Shown here one piece after another: positions 28,989-37,736 of a DNA stretch of 64,000 bases. Positions within the stretch are counted from its first letter, which is position 1. Every line of letters starts with the position of its first letter. Origin of the DNA: Bacteroidota bacterium (GTDB lineage Bacteria > Bacteroidota > Bacteroidia > Flavobacteriales_D > Crocinitomicaceae). The notes under the pieces were generated by a model. The model made no database searches. It was not told the DNA's origin and saw only the letters and a list, made by a program, of their open reading frames with translations. The stretch spans positions 7,603-71,602 of the forward strand of contig SBGX01000023.1 in assembly GCA_006226425.1 (NCBI GenBank), written 5' to 3'. The position numbers and the translations under genes are program-made.

Positions 28989-30335
28989 TTAATGACTACT
29001 ATCTTTTCCCGGATTTTCTTCATCCACAGGATATTCTTCAAATAATGCCTTGACCTTTTCATTTTTCAGGCGCTGTTTTAGCCAATTACTGAGCTCTTCC
29101 CTGGATTCCATGTCCAGAGATAGTTCTGGAACGCTAAAAACAACGAGAGCAGTGTTTTGGGTTTGATTGCTCGTGTCCGCGTAAACCTTCGTGTCCGAAT
29201 AAGAACAGGAAGTGATCATTGGATAAAGAGTTTTGATTTCCTTGAGCAAGTTCTCTCCGATTTCAGGTCTCCGGATGATGCTGTCTCGTTTCGCCTCGAC
29301 GTTTTTGAGGGCCTGACTGAGTTGATCAATTTTGTTCCGTAGTACATCTGCTTCGTTTAGACTGCTTTGATTGTACGAGAAACCCTGATTGATCTGAATC
29401 ACGGCATCACTCAAATTAAATTGTTCAGCGCGCTTTCGGATATTCTCTTTCTCCGACTTCTGTAAGGTGTTCCCTCCATAAATGAGCGTAATGTTCCTTC
29501 CGTCTGCCTCGATTCGATGATCCAAAAGAAAGGCGTCTCCCATTTGCCGTACGTTTTGACAGTACAGTTTAGCATTTTCCCTGAATTTTTCGTTTTGAAT
29601 AAAGCGATACCCAAAATAAAGACTTGGAATAATCGTAATGAGTGTGAGTGCTGTAACGGACTGCTTTACTTTTTTCTTCTGTGATTCATTGACAAAGGTC
29701 CGAATCGGAAATTTGAGAAAACGTGAGACCAGCATGGAAGAAATACCAATGAATACCGTATTGATTGTAAATAGGTACAGGGCCCCTAAAAAGTAATTGA
29801 ACTGTCCTGTGGCGAGTCCAAATCCGGCCGTGCAGAGCGGAGGCATCAGGGCTGTGGCAATAGCAACACCAGGAAGGATGTTTCCTTTGATCCGACTGCT
29901 GGTTGCAACAATTCCGGCAAGTCCTCCAAAAAAGGCGATAATCACGTCATAAATGGTGGGCTGTGTACGAGCTAAGAGCTCCGAGTGTGCTGTTGATACG
30001 GGCGTAATGGCAAAGTAGAGTGTGGAGGCAATCAAACTGGCTACGACCGAAAAACCGAAGTTTTTGAGAGACTTCTGGAAGAGCTGATAGTTATACGTAG
30101 CGACACTGTAGCCCATCCCATTAATGGGACCCATCAGGGGAGAAATTAACATGGCCCCAATGATGACCGCAGTTGAATTGGTATTCAGTCCGACCGAGGC
30201 AATAATAATGGCAAAGACCAGGATCCAGAGATTCGTTCCACGAAAGATAACTCCCTTTTCGATTTGTTCGTGAATAGAGGCATGGTCTTCGACCTCTTTA
30301 CGCAAATCGATAAAATTCAGAATTTGTCTGATCAT
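28989..30335 (-). CDS. DUF389-type polytopic membrane protein with C-terminal soluble domain
   Basis: The N-terminal ~280 aa contains multiple TM helices, with GAMLISPLMGPINGMGYS typical of the DUF389/TIGR00341 family. The C-terminal ~160 aa domain is hydrophilic. Confidence 0.5.
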   Translation of the reverse strand: MIRQILNFIDLRKEVEDHASIHEQIEKGVIFRGTNLWILVFAIIIASVGLNTNSTAVIIGAMLISPLMGPINGMGYSVATYNYQLFQKSLKNFGFSVVASLIASTLYFAITPVSTAHSELLARTQPTIYDVIIAFFGGLAGIVATSSRIKGNILPGVAIATALMPPLCTAGFGLATGQFNYFLGALYLFTINTVFIGISSMLVSRFLKFPIRTFVNESQKKKVKQSVTALTLITIIPSLYFGYRFIQNEKFRENAKLYCQNVRQMGDAFLLDHRIEADGRNITLIYGGNTLQKSEKENIRKRAEQFNLSDAVIQINQGFSYNQSSLNEADVLRNKIDQLSQALKNVEAKRDSIIRRPEIGENLLKEIKTLYPMITSCSYSDTKVYADTSNQTQNTALVVFSVPELSLDMESREELSNWLKQRLKNEKVKALFEEYPVDEENPGKDSSH

Positions 30336-30397
30336 GATGAAGTTTCTTTCTCGTTAAAACTAGCTCGAAAATAAGAATTAAAAAAATAGTTCAAAAA

Positions 30398-31282
30398 TCA
30401 AAGGGCTCGAAGTTTGACTTTTGTTTCTACTTTGATGCGGGAGTTCCCTTTCTTATCCCAAACTTCGATCACGCAATTGACCGGATTTTTGATCTCATCC
30501 CCTGCCAGGCGGAAGTTTGGAGCAAGCTGTTTTTTGAAAGATTCTGCCGACTGCGGGTTGTCTTCCAGAAGATCTTTTTCGTCAATGATCTTCGTTCCTT
30601 TGGCGTCAGTGAGCAGCATACTCAAACCAGCAGCAACCATTCCTTCTTCTTCAGTAAAACCTTCAAGACCTTCCATGAGGAGGTAAACTTTTTCCCTTGG
30701 ACCCACCCACTGATCGATAATCGTTTTTCCCTGATCGTCCGAAAATAAGTATGCTTCCTGGCACTCGGCATCGGTTGTTTTGACTTTAATATCAATGTTG
30801 TGCACCAATTTGAAATCTACTTTGGCCGTAAACTGACTTTTTGTATTCTTCTTGTCCCAGATGCGTACGCTAAGAGTATATTTCTCAGCTGATTTCATTG
30901 GGCGTCCAGCTGTAAAGTCTGTTTGAAGCAGCAAGGGATCAATGTCGAAGCCGTCCTGATCTTTATAGAGATCATCTTTGTGAACAACCGTTTTCTTGTC
31001 CTTGTCTAGAATTCGAACTTCCATGCCAGGGTATACCCGGCCATTTTCTTTCTTAAAACCTCTGATGTTGTTGAAATTCAGAAAAGCTGATTGCCCGTAT
31101 ATGAGGATGCGATTTTTAATCTTCCCCTGATCACCTGTAAGATATACGTCACTGCAAGAAAGCCCAACGCCAGTCGTAACCATTCCTGTGGATGTATCAA
31201 ATTTAACAGATCCGTTACAGGCAACCAGAATGAAAAGAAGCATTAGGGAAAATCCGCCTTTTGATTGAAAGAATTTATGCAT
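30398..31282 (-). CDS. Lipoprotein with internal duplicated ~100 aa module, co-operonic with flotillin
   Basis: Start moved to the Met at 31282 (MHKFFQSKGGFSLMLLFILVACNG, lipobox), 2 nt after the flotillin stop. The repeated modules end ...YTLSVRIWDKKNTKSQFTAKVDFKLV and ...VNCVIEVWDKKGNSRIKVETKVKL. Confidence 0.5.
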   Translation of the reverse strand: MHKFFQSKGGFSLMLLFILVACNGSVKFDTSTGMVTTGVGLSCSDVYLTGDQGKIKNRILIYGQSAFLNFNNIRGFKKENGRVYPGMEVRILDKDKKTVVHKDDLYKDQDGFDIDPLLLQTDFTAGRPMKSAEKYTLSVRIWDKKNTKSQFTAKVDFKLVHNIDIKVKTTDAECQEAYLFSDDQGKTIIDQWVGPREKVYLLMEGLEGFTEEEGMVAAGLSMLLTDAKGTKIIDEKDLLEDNPQSAESFKKQLAPNFRLAGDEIKNPVNCVIEVWDKKGNSRIKVETKVKLRAL

Positions 31283-32726
31283 TGTCTTGTTCTTCGTTTG
31301 ATTCGGACGTATTAGAATCATCATTCTTGACTTCTTCAGACGCAAGCTCTTCACCTTTTAGGTAGTTCGGAAGCTGCATTCCTGCCATGTTAAACATCTC
31401 CTGAAGTGGGGGAACGGATTTATAGAGTCCGGAAATAAAATTAGAAGTAGAAGTTTTTCCATTTGCTCCGGAGCCTCCATCCCAAACAGTGACTTTGTCA
31501 ATTTTAATGTTCTTGATTGCCTCGGCCTGAGTTCTGACCAGTTCAGGCAATTTATCTGCTATAAGGAGCAAAACAGCATCCTTCGAATTGTTATCGGCGG
31601 CTTTTACAATGCGATCAAGACCATCTGCCTGTTTGGTGAGAATTTCGTATATCCCCTTCGCCTCAGCTTGTTTTTTCATGAAAATCGCATCTGCTTCCCC
31701 TTTGGCAATTCGACGAATTTGTTCTGCCTGTGCTTCGGCTTCTATTTCCCGTTTTCTCTTGTCTATTTCGGCAGGGACAATAATGTCTGCTCCCTGTTCG
31801 GCTTCTTTTCGTTCGGCGCGGGCTAATTCTGCAGTCCGTTCTGCAGCATAGGCCTCTTCCAGTGCTTTTGCAGCCTGGACTTTCTCAGAAGCCGAAGCGA
31901 TTTTTTCTGCTTCTGCTTCTCGGGATCTTCTTTCCGCATCTGACTGGGCGATTTGCACTTTAGCGGTGTTTTCCCCTTCAACGGCGTGGGCGTTGGCTGA
32001 GGCAACTTTGATCCGCTGATCTTGTAAGGCAAGGGCCTGTCCAACCGCACCATCCCGGTCTTTTTGGGAAACGGAAATAATGGCGTCATTAATCGCTTTG
32101 GCGGCAGCTTCTTTTCCAAGTGCCTCAATGTACCCTGATTCATCGTGTATATCTGTAATATTCACGTTGATGAGTTTCAATCCTACTTTTTTTAACTCCG
32201 CTTCCACACTGTGGGTAATGTGCGAAAGAAATTTATCCCGATCGGTATTGATTTCTTCAATGTCCATGGAAGCCACTACTAAACGCAATTGTCCGAAGAT
32301 GATCTCCTGGGCCAGATCCTGAACAGCATCCAACGTCAATCCCAATAGACGCTCAGCAGCATTTTGCATGATCGTCGGCTCGGTTGAAATACCAATGGTA
32401 AATCGAGATGGAACATTGACCCGGATATTCTGCTTGCTCAGCGCATTCATCAGATTTACTTCGAGTGAAATAGGAGTCAAATCCAAAAAGGCATAGTCCT
32501 GAACAATAGGCCAAATAAAGGAGGCACCCCCATGAACACATTTGGCGGAACCTTCTCCTCCCGTTTTTCCATAAACGACCAAAATTTTATCAGATGGACA
32601 GCGTTTGTACCGACGGAACATCGAATAGATGAACACGACAAAGATGAACGCAATGGCCGCAATCAGATAAACAAAATTGGACGAATTGGCTATTTCAAGT
32701 TGTAGAAAATGCATACTCATATTCAT
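31275..32726 (-). CDS. Flotillin-like SPFH/band-7 protein (YqiK/FloT-like)
   Basis: N-terminal TM anchor and an SPFH domain, followed by a long Ala/Glu-rich coiled-coil flotillin repeat region (AEAEKIASASEKVQAAKALEEAYAAERTAELARAERKEAEQ). Confidence 0.85.
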   Translation of the reverse strand: MNMSMHFLQLEIANSSNFVYLIAAIAFIFVVFIYSMFRRYKRCPSDKILVVYGKTGGEGSAKCVHGGASFIWPIVQDYAFLDLTPISLEVNLMNALSKQNIRVNVPSRFTIGISTEPTIMQNAAERLLGLTLDAVQDLAQEIIFGQLRLVVASMDIEEINTDRDKFLSHITHSVEAELKKVGLKLINVNITDIHDESGYIEALGKEAAAKAINDAIISVSQKDRDGAVGQALALQDQRIKVASANAHAVEGENTAKVQIAQSDAERRSREAEAEKIASASEKVQAAKALEEAYAAERTAELARAERKEAEQGADIIVPAEIDKRKREIEAEAQAEQIRRIAKGEADAIFMKKQAEAKGIYEILTKQADGLDRIVKAADNNSKDAVLLLIADKLPELVRTQAEAIKNIKIDKVTVWDGGSGANGKTSTSNFISGLYKSVPPLQEMFNMAGMQLPNYLKGEELASEEVKNDDSNTSESNEEQDNA

Positions 32727-32741
32727 GACTTCACTTATTTT

Positions 32742-33320
32742 TTAAGATAGTTTTTCGACCAGTAATAATTCTGCGCTGATCACCGCTGTTACTTTTACAA
32801 TAGTGGTTGTTTTCAAATCTTCTGGATGATCCGTAATGGCTTCCAGTTCACGGAGTGCTCCCTGTACTTTGACCTGGATTTTACCAATCGAAGAACGATT
32901 GGCTCCTACCGGCAAATAAACTTCACCAACTGCCCCGACCGCATTCTGAATCTTCAAGGTCCCTGAATGAGATAGTTTAAACATCCAGAAGAAGATTAGT
33001 GAGGTAAGGAACATCATCACGAGTCCTGCTGCCGTGGAAATCAGGATTGTTGGAGTCGTAGATAAGCCATAATCCTGGCAAATAACCCCGGTCCAACCAA
33101 AGATCGTAAAGAAAGCAACGAAGTTTTTGAAAGTAAAAAACTGGAACCCGGCTCCTCCGTCGTCCGCTTCAAAGTCCGAAATATCGGCATCCACGTCTGC
33201 GTCCACATCTCCACCCAATAGGGTCATGGCGAAGACAACCAAAAATACGGCTGATCCGATCACCGCAACAATCCAAAAAGTTTGTTCCAATGATGTCATT
33301 CCTTCAAAAAAATCTCCCAT
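32742..33320 (-). CDS. NfeD-like/YqiJ-like membrane protein (flotillin partner)
   Basis: N-terminal TM helices and an acidic DVDADVDAD linker, with a C-terminal OB-fold-like soluble domain. It sits immediately upstream of the flotillin gene, as in yqiJK-type operons. Confidence 0.6.
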   Translation of the reverse strand: MGDFFEGMTSLEQTFWIVAVIGSAVFLVVFAMTLLGGDVDADVDADISDFEADDGGAGFQFFTFKNFVAFFTIFGWTGVICQDYGLSTTPTILISTAAGLVMMFLTSLIFFWMFKLSHSGTLKIQNAVGAVGEVYLPVGANRSSIGKIQVKVQGALRELEAITDHPEDLKTTTIVKVTAVISAELLLVEKLS

Positions 33321-33434
33321 AAGGTGCGCGAGTTTTGCTTTGGTTAAATATAGGGATATTTTGTTTGATTTTCGGGGATGAACAATAAAATTTTTGGGAG
33401 GAATTTTCCCCTCTAGAAATCACTGAAAATCAGC

Positions 33435-34211
33435 CTAAGAAGGTTTTTTCATCCGAAGATAAATGTGTTTGGCACCTGAACGTTGATCCTTTCGTTCGTC
33501 TAACTCCAATTGTTTGTTGAGCGACTTGATGAGGGTACTCAGCTTGGAGAAACCGTAGTTTCGAGGATCAAAATCCGGTTTCTTTTTGTTGATAAGTGCA
33601 CCGACTGCAGCAAGTGAGGCCCAACCATCATCATCTTCAACATCGTCCACGGATCGTTTCAGGAGTCGTAAGAAAGACTTGTCGATACGGTCCACTTTTT
33701 GTTTTTGTGCCGGTCGTCTGGTGGTGCTTGCCCCATCCTTTGATTTTTTCTCTTCAGTTTCCTGATCAGTGCTAGCAATGATTTCTATATAGATGAATTT
33801 ATCGCAGGCAACAATAAAGGGTTGCGGGGTCTTTTTCTCTCCGATTCCAATGACAAGTTTTCCGGATTCTCTAATCCGCATGGCTAGCCTGGTGAAATCA
33901 CTGTCGCTGGAAACGATGCAGAAACCGTCTACTTTTTCACTGTGTAGGATATCCATGGCATCAATGATCATGGCAGAGTCTGTTGAGTTTTTTCCTCTGG
34001 TGTACCCGTATTGTTGAATGGGAATAATAGCGTGTTCCAACAGGCTGGTTTTCCACCCGGAAACGCGACTGCTCGTCCAGTCTCCGTAGATTCGTTTGAT
34101 GGTAGGGATTCCGAATTTGGCAATCTCTTCAAGCATCCCCTCTATATGTGCGGATGGAATATTGTCTGCATCAATAAGTACAGCCAGTTTTAGATCTTTT
34201 GTTTCTGTCAT
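33435..34211 (-). CDS. NYN-domain (LabA-like PIN-fold RNase) protein with C-terminal OST-HTH/LOTUS domain
   Basis: NYN signature: LAVLIDADNIP...RIYGDW...GKNSTDSAMIIDAMDILHS...DGFCIVSSDSDFTRLAMRIRESG. C-terminal OST-HTH-like segment: DDDGWASLAAVGALINKKKPDFDPRNYGFSKLSTLIKSL. Confidence 0.8.
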   Translation of the reverse strand: MTETKDLKLAVLIDADNIPSAHIEGMLEEIAKFGIPTIKRIYGDWTSSRVSGWKTSLLEHAIIPIQQYGYTRGKNSTDSAMIIDAMDILHSEKVDGFCIVSSDSDFTRLAMRIRESGKLVIGIGEKKTPQPFIVACDKFIYIEIIASTDQETEEKKSKDGASTTRRPAQKQKVDRIDKSFLRLLKRSVDDVEDDDGWASLAAVGALINKKKPDFDPRNYGFSKLSTLIKSLNKQLELDERKDQRSGAKHIYLRMKKPS

Positions 34212-34311
34212 GATATGATTTTGGTGTTGTGCCTGGAGGTTTATTGTATATAGTTTTCTCCGCTTTCTGGAAGAGTCTTTTTATCTAAGGCACGGCTCAA
34301 AGATAAGGAAA

Positions 34312-34350
34312 TAAAAAAGAGGCAGGAATTTACTCCCACCTCTTTGTGTT
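34312..34350 (-). terminator. Probable intrinsic terminator of aqpZ
   Basis: Imperfect stem AGAGGCAGG...CCCACCTCT with a plus-strand A-run upstream, which gives a T-run on the minus strand. It lies 40 nt below the aqpZ stop. Confidence 0.4.
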
Positions 34351-34392
34351 TATTTCAAAAGAACATCCTGGTATCGTTGGATGATCAGATGT

Positions 34393-35073
34393 TTATTTTT
34401 CGGTCCAAACTTTGTAAACCATTCCGGCAACGGCCGCGCCCGCAACGGGCATTAGGATAAAGAGCCAAAGTTGCTCGATGGCCCAACCTCCTGCGAAAAG
34501 TGCCTGACTGATGCTTCGGGCAGGATTCACGGAAGTATTGGTGACCGGAATGCTGATCAGATGAATCAGTGTAAGACAAAGCCCGATGGCGATTCCAGCC
34601 AGACCTGCGGGTGCTCTCGAGTCAGTGCTTCCCAAAATAACGATCAGAAAGAAGAAGCTAAGTACAAATTCTGTGATCAGGGCTGAAGTCATACTAAATC
34701 CACCAGGAGAGTGTTCTCCGTAGCCATTGGAAGCAAATCCTCCGACTTCAAAGCCATCCAATCCGCTTAGGACCAGGTATAAGATGGATGCTCCCGCCAA
34801 TGCGCCCAGTACCTGAGCAAAAATGTAGCCCGGGAGTTCTTTCGCATTCATTCTTCCACCGATCCATAATCCAATGGATACAGCCGGATTGAGATGACAG
34901 CCAGAGATGTGCCCGATCGCGTAGGCCATGGTCAGTACCGTCAATCCAAAAGCGATAGATACTCCAACAAAGCCAATCCCTAGATCTGGGTAAGCAGCTG
35001 CAATTAAAGCACTACCACATCCTCCTAAAACAAGCCAGCAAGTTCCGATAAATTCTGCAATTAGTTTTTTCAT
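34393..35073 (-). CDS. aqpZ: Aquaporin Z
   Basis: 226 aa with six TM helices and two NPA boxes (HLNPAVS, NPARS). Confidence 0.9.
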   Translation of the reverse strand: MKKLIAEFIGTCWLVLGGCGSALIAAAYPDLGIGFVGVSIAFGLTVLTMAYAIGHISGCHLNPAVSIGLWIGGRMNAKELPGYIFAQVLGALAGASILYLVLSGLDGFEVGGFASNGYGEHSPGGFSMTSALITEFVLSFFFLIVILGSTDSRAPAGLAGIAIGLCLTLIHLISIPVTNTSVNPARSISQALFAGGWAIEQLWLFILMPVAGAAVAGMVYKVWTEK

Positions 35074-35221
35074 TGACTAAAATTTAAAAGGTTATGTCTT
35101 CTAAGAATAGGGAAAAAGACAATCCCTGATACCAATGTAACAGGGATTAACAAAAAAATAACTAATAAAATAGTTTTGGAATACTTCGAATAATTAAGAA
35201 ATCACTTTTTCGATCGGCTAA

Positions 35222-35884
35222 TCAAGGTGTTTTTTCAATGAACTGGTTCACTATTTTTCCTCGCTCATTGTAAAAGCTCATTTTTTCCTTAAAAGGGAGG
35301 TAAACAAATTTTTTTACAGGCCTGGTTCTTCGATCGAAATGAGCGTCCATATACACTTTGTTTCTTCGAAGTTTATACTTGATTACCTTTTTGTTGCCTA
35401 CTTTCCCATTGGGATAGCGCTTGATCAAAATGACCCGTTTCCTTAAACCAAGGCAGCTTCGATGTTCCTTTTTTTGATGAAGGTCCTGATCTAATTGCTC
35501 CAACCATTCCTGTTGCTGTGCTGAAGTACAGATGTATTGTACCTGATTTTTATCCAGGAAGACAAGATAGACGGAGTCACTTGAGAGCCTGGACAATTGA
35601 TCCTGATCCAACTTTACGGTAAAATTTCGTTCATTCGCTTTGATCTGATGAAGCACCGGCTGGGCAAAGGAAGCACTCCTGATTCGAGGTGTTACATAAC
35701 TTGAGTAGCCAACTTCACGCTGAACATACATGATCGGGGATTTGCTGAGAGCTTGAGGGGTGGCAAATTTGGCCAGACAAATAATGTTCGCTTTCTTTCT
35801 CAGTTGTTTCAGATGATCTTGTTGAGCAAACAACGTGGGGAACATCCAGCAGATGCTGAAGAAGAAAATTAATTTGTACCTCAT
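35222..35884 (-). CDS. Hypothetical secreted basic protein
   Basis: Signal peptide. Lys/Arg-rich, no recognisable motifs. Confidence 0.4.
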   Translation of the reverse strand: MRYKLIFFFSICWMFPTLFAQQDHLKQLRKKANIICLAKFATPQALSKSPIMYVQREVGYSSYVTPRIRSASFAQPVLHQIKANERNFTVKLDQDQLSRLSSDSVYLVFLDKNQVQYICTSAQQQEWLEQLDQDLHQKKEHRSCLGLRKRVILIKRYPNGKVGNKKVIKYKLRRNKVYMDAHFDRRTRPVKKFVYLPFKEKMSFYNERGKIVNQFIEKTP

Positions 35885-35952
35885 GACGATTTTCCAGCAA
35901 AAAAAGTGCCAGCTTTATGGAGGAGGAGAGATGGTAATTCGATGTCGTTTAA

Positions 35953-36351
35953 TTACTGCTCATCCATTAGTTTGATCCAGGCGCGTACGACGGATTGAAG
36001 CTTTTCCTTTTTTTGTTCGATGTCTTCCACATTCTCGAAGCGAGCCACCCGACCTTCTTTGCCGTCTCCCTGAAGGAGTCCTGTTTCGTCTTGAATGAGA
36101 ACCCCTTTATGGAACATCAGGCTGACAAACTTTTTGGCATTCATAAAATAAGAAGCCATGTTTCCTTTGTAGGTGAACGTGGGACTGCTCCATTTGATGC
36201 ATTCCTGGATGCGCTCATCTGTTTCAAGAATGATTTGGCGCACCAGTTCAATTTCAGCTGTCATCGGATGCGCCTTTTTGCGCAGATATTCATCAACTTC
36301 CGGGTTTTTATTCATATTACTTGTTTTGCTTTGTCCTGCATAAAATACCAA
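35953..36351 (-). CDS. DUF1801 (YdhG-like) domain protein
   Basis: Pattern EVDEYL...ELVRQIILE...IKWSSPTFTYKGNMASY...HKGVLIQDETGLLQGDGK is typical of DUF1801. The true start may be the internal Met 12 codons downstream. Confidence 0.5.
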   Translation of the reverse strand: MVFYAGQSKTSNMNKNPEVDEYLRKKAHPMTAEIELVRQIILETDERIQECIKWSSPTFTYKGNMASYFMNAKKFVSLMFHKGVLIQDETGLLQGDGKEGRVARFENVEDIEQKKEKLQSVVRAWIKLMDEQ

Positions 36352-36395
36352 AAATGGTCAGGCTACATTTTTACGAATGGGTTATCTGATTCAGA

Positions 36396-36923
36396 TCAGT
36401 CAGTATTTCCCAACAACAGATCGAGGCCTTGTTGGAGTTGTTGTTCCAATTCTGGGTTGATCACCTGTCCGTCCTGAAAGTTCTCCTGAAAATTAGGAAA
36501 TCCCATCGAATAAATAATCTCTCCCTTAAAGCGAGGGAGCATGAGTTCGGCAGCCTCACGAGCCGATTGTGCACCTCTTTTTCCAGTTGAACAACTGAGC
36601 AACAGCATTTTTTTGTTCAACAGAAAATGTCGGTCCATTCGGGATAACCAATCCAGTAAATTCTTAAAGTAGGCCGTGATATTGCTATTGTGTTCGGCCA
36701 CCGAAAGAATGCAACAGTCACATTGATGAAATTTTTCAAGTAAGGCTCTAACTGCTTCCGGGAAGCCCTTTTCTTCCAGATCAATGCTATAGAGTGGCAA
36801 TTCGAAAGCATTGGTCGGGATCAACTCAAGTTGGTTTCCTTCGATCTTTGCACTGAGGTACTTCAACAATTGAAAATTAATGGATTTGCTGCTGTTGCTT
36901 CCGGCCAGGATAAGAATGTTCAT
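36396..36923 (-). CDS. NADPH-dependent FMN reductase-like flavodoxin-fold oxidoreductase
   Basis: MNILILAGSNSSKSIN (flavodoxin-like nucleotide loop) and the overall 175 aa size. Confidence 0.7.
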   Translation of the reverse strand: MNILILAGSNSSKSINFQLLKYLSAKIEGNQLELIPTNAFELPLYSIDLEEKGFPEAVRALLEKFHQCDCCILSVAEHNSNITAYFKNLLDWLSRMDRHFLLNKKMLLLSCSTGKRGAQSAREAAELMLPRFKGEIIYSMGFPNFQENFQDGQVINPELEQQLQQGLDLLLGNTD

Positions 36924-36932
36924 GTTTACTTG

Positions 36933-37562
36933 TTATAAGTCGTATTCAAAATAATAGGCCTTTTGTTGTAGGCTATCATACCAAAAATTTCGATGCAATT
37001 TTCTTCCGCTATCTGCACTGTAAAAAGGAAGTAGGGCAATACTGTCTTTATTCCACCAGGGAAAGTCGTGCTGTAGGCCTTTGGAGACCCGACTATTTTC
37101 TGAGGTATCAGCCTTTAAATGATGTTTTTCTATAATCTTCCTGGAAGTTTCGTAGTTACAGTAGAAAGCGAAACTAAAATCTGAGTCAATGCCCATGCGA
37201 TCATCAAAACAATAGATTCCATGAATATCTGGAGTCAAATCAACCTGGATGAATTCCTTAAATCGCTTTCGGTTGTTTTCGGTGTCTGCCTGGGCCGAAT
37301 CAAATTTCGGGAAGAGTTTGTCCATCATTTTGCCACTCTGTTTGAGCAGTTCCCTTTTTGATTTTTGAGCCAGTTCTTTTCCCGTATCACTCGCTCTGTT
37401 ACACGAATAGGAAAGGAGTGAAAAAGTAAAAATCAAGGGAAGGATTGCGTTACGCTTCCAGTATGAACTCGTTACCAAAATGCCCACATCAATTGTTTTG
37501 TATAACAAAGCTATCATTCTGCTTTGCTTGCTACCTATTGCAGTAAAAATAAGAATCTTCAA
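36933..37562 (-). CDS. Hypothetical lipoprotein
   Basis: Hydrophobic N-terminal region ending in a lipobox-like LLSYSC. No known motifs. The start codon is uncertain. Confidence 0.4.
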   Translation of the reverse strand: MKILIFTAIGSKQSRMIALLYKTIDVGILVTSSYWKRNAILPLIFTFSLLSYSCNRASDTGKELAQKSKRELLKQSGKMMDKLFPKFDSAQADTENNRKRFKEFIQVDLTPDIHGIYCFDDRMGIDSDFSFAFYCNYETSRKIIEKHHLKADTSENSRVSKGLQHDFPWWNKDSIALLPFYSADSGRKLHRNFWYDSLQQKAYYFEYDL

Positions 37563-37736
37563 TGAATCACGCTGACGAAATCAGTTTTAAAGTCAAAGGG
37601 GATGAAGATCCAGAACTATTCGGTGCGTAGAAAATTTCAAGGAATAAGGAATAGTTATTCTAAACTATTTTAAGCCCCATTTGCAAGCGATGGTGTAAAA
37701 TTCAACTATGTTTGTGAGCTAGCTAGATTCGTAAAC

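Noticed and set aside
31283-31354. Apparent 80 nt overlap between the lipoprotein ORF and the flotillin gene
   Set aside because: An internal Met at 31282 starts a classical lipoprotein signal peptide 2 nt after the flotillin stop. The longer ORF is a track artefact.
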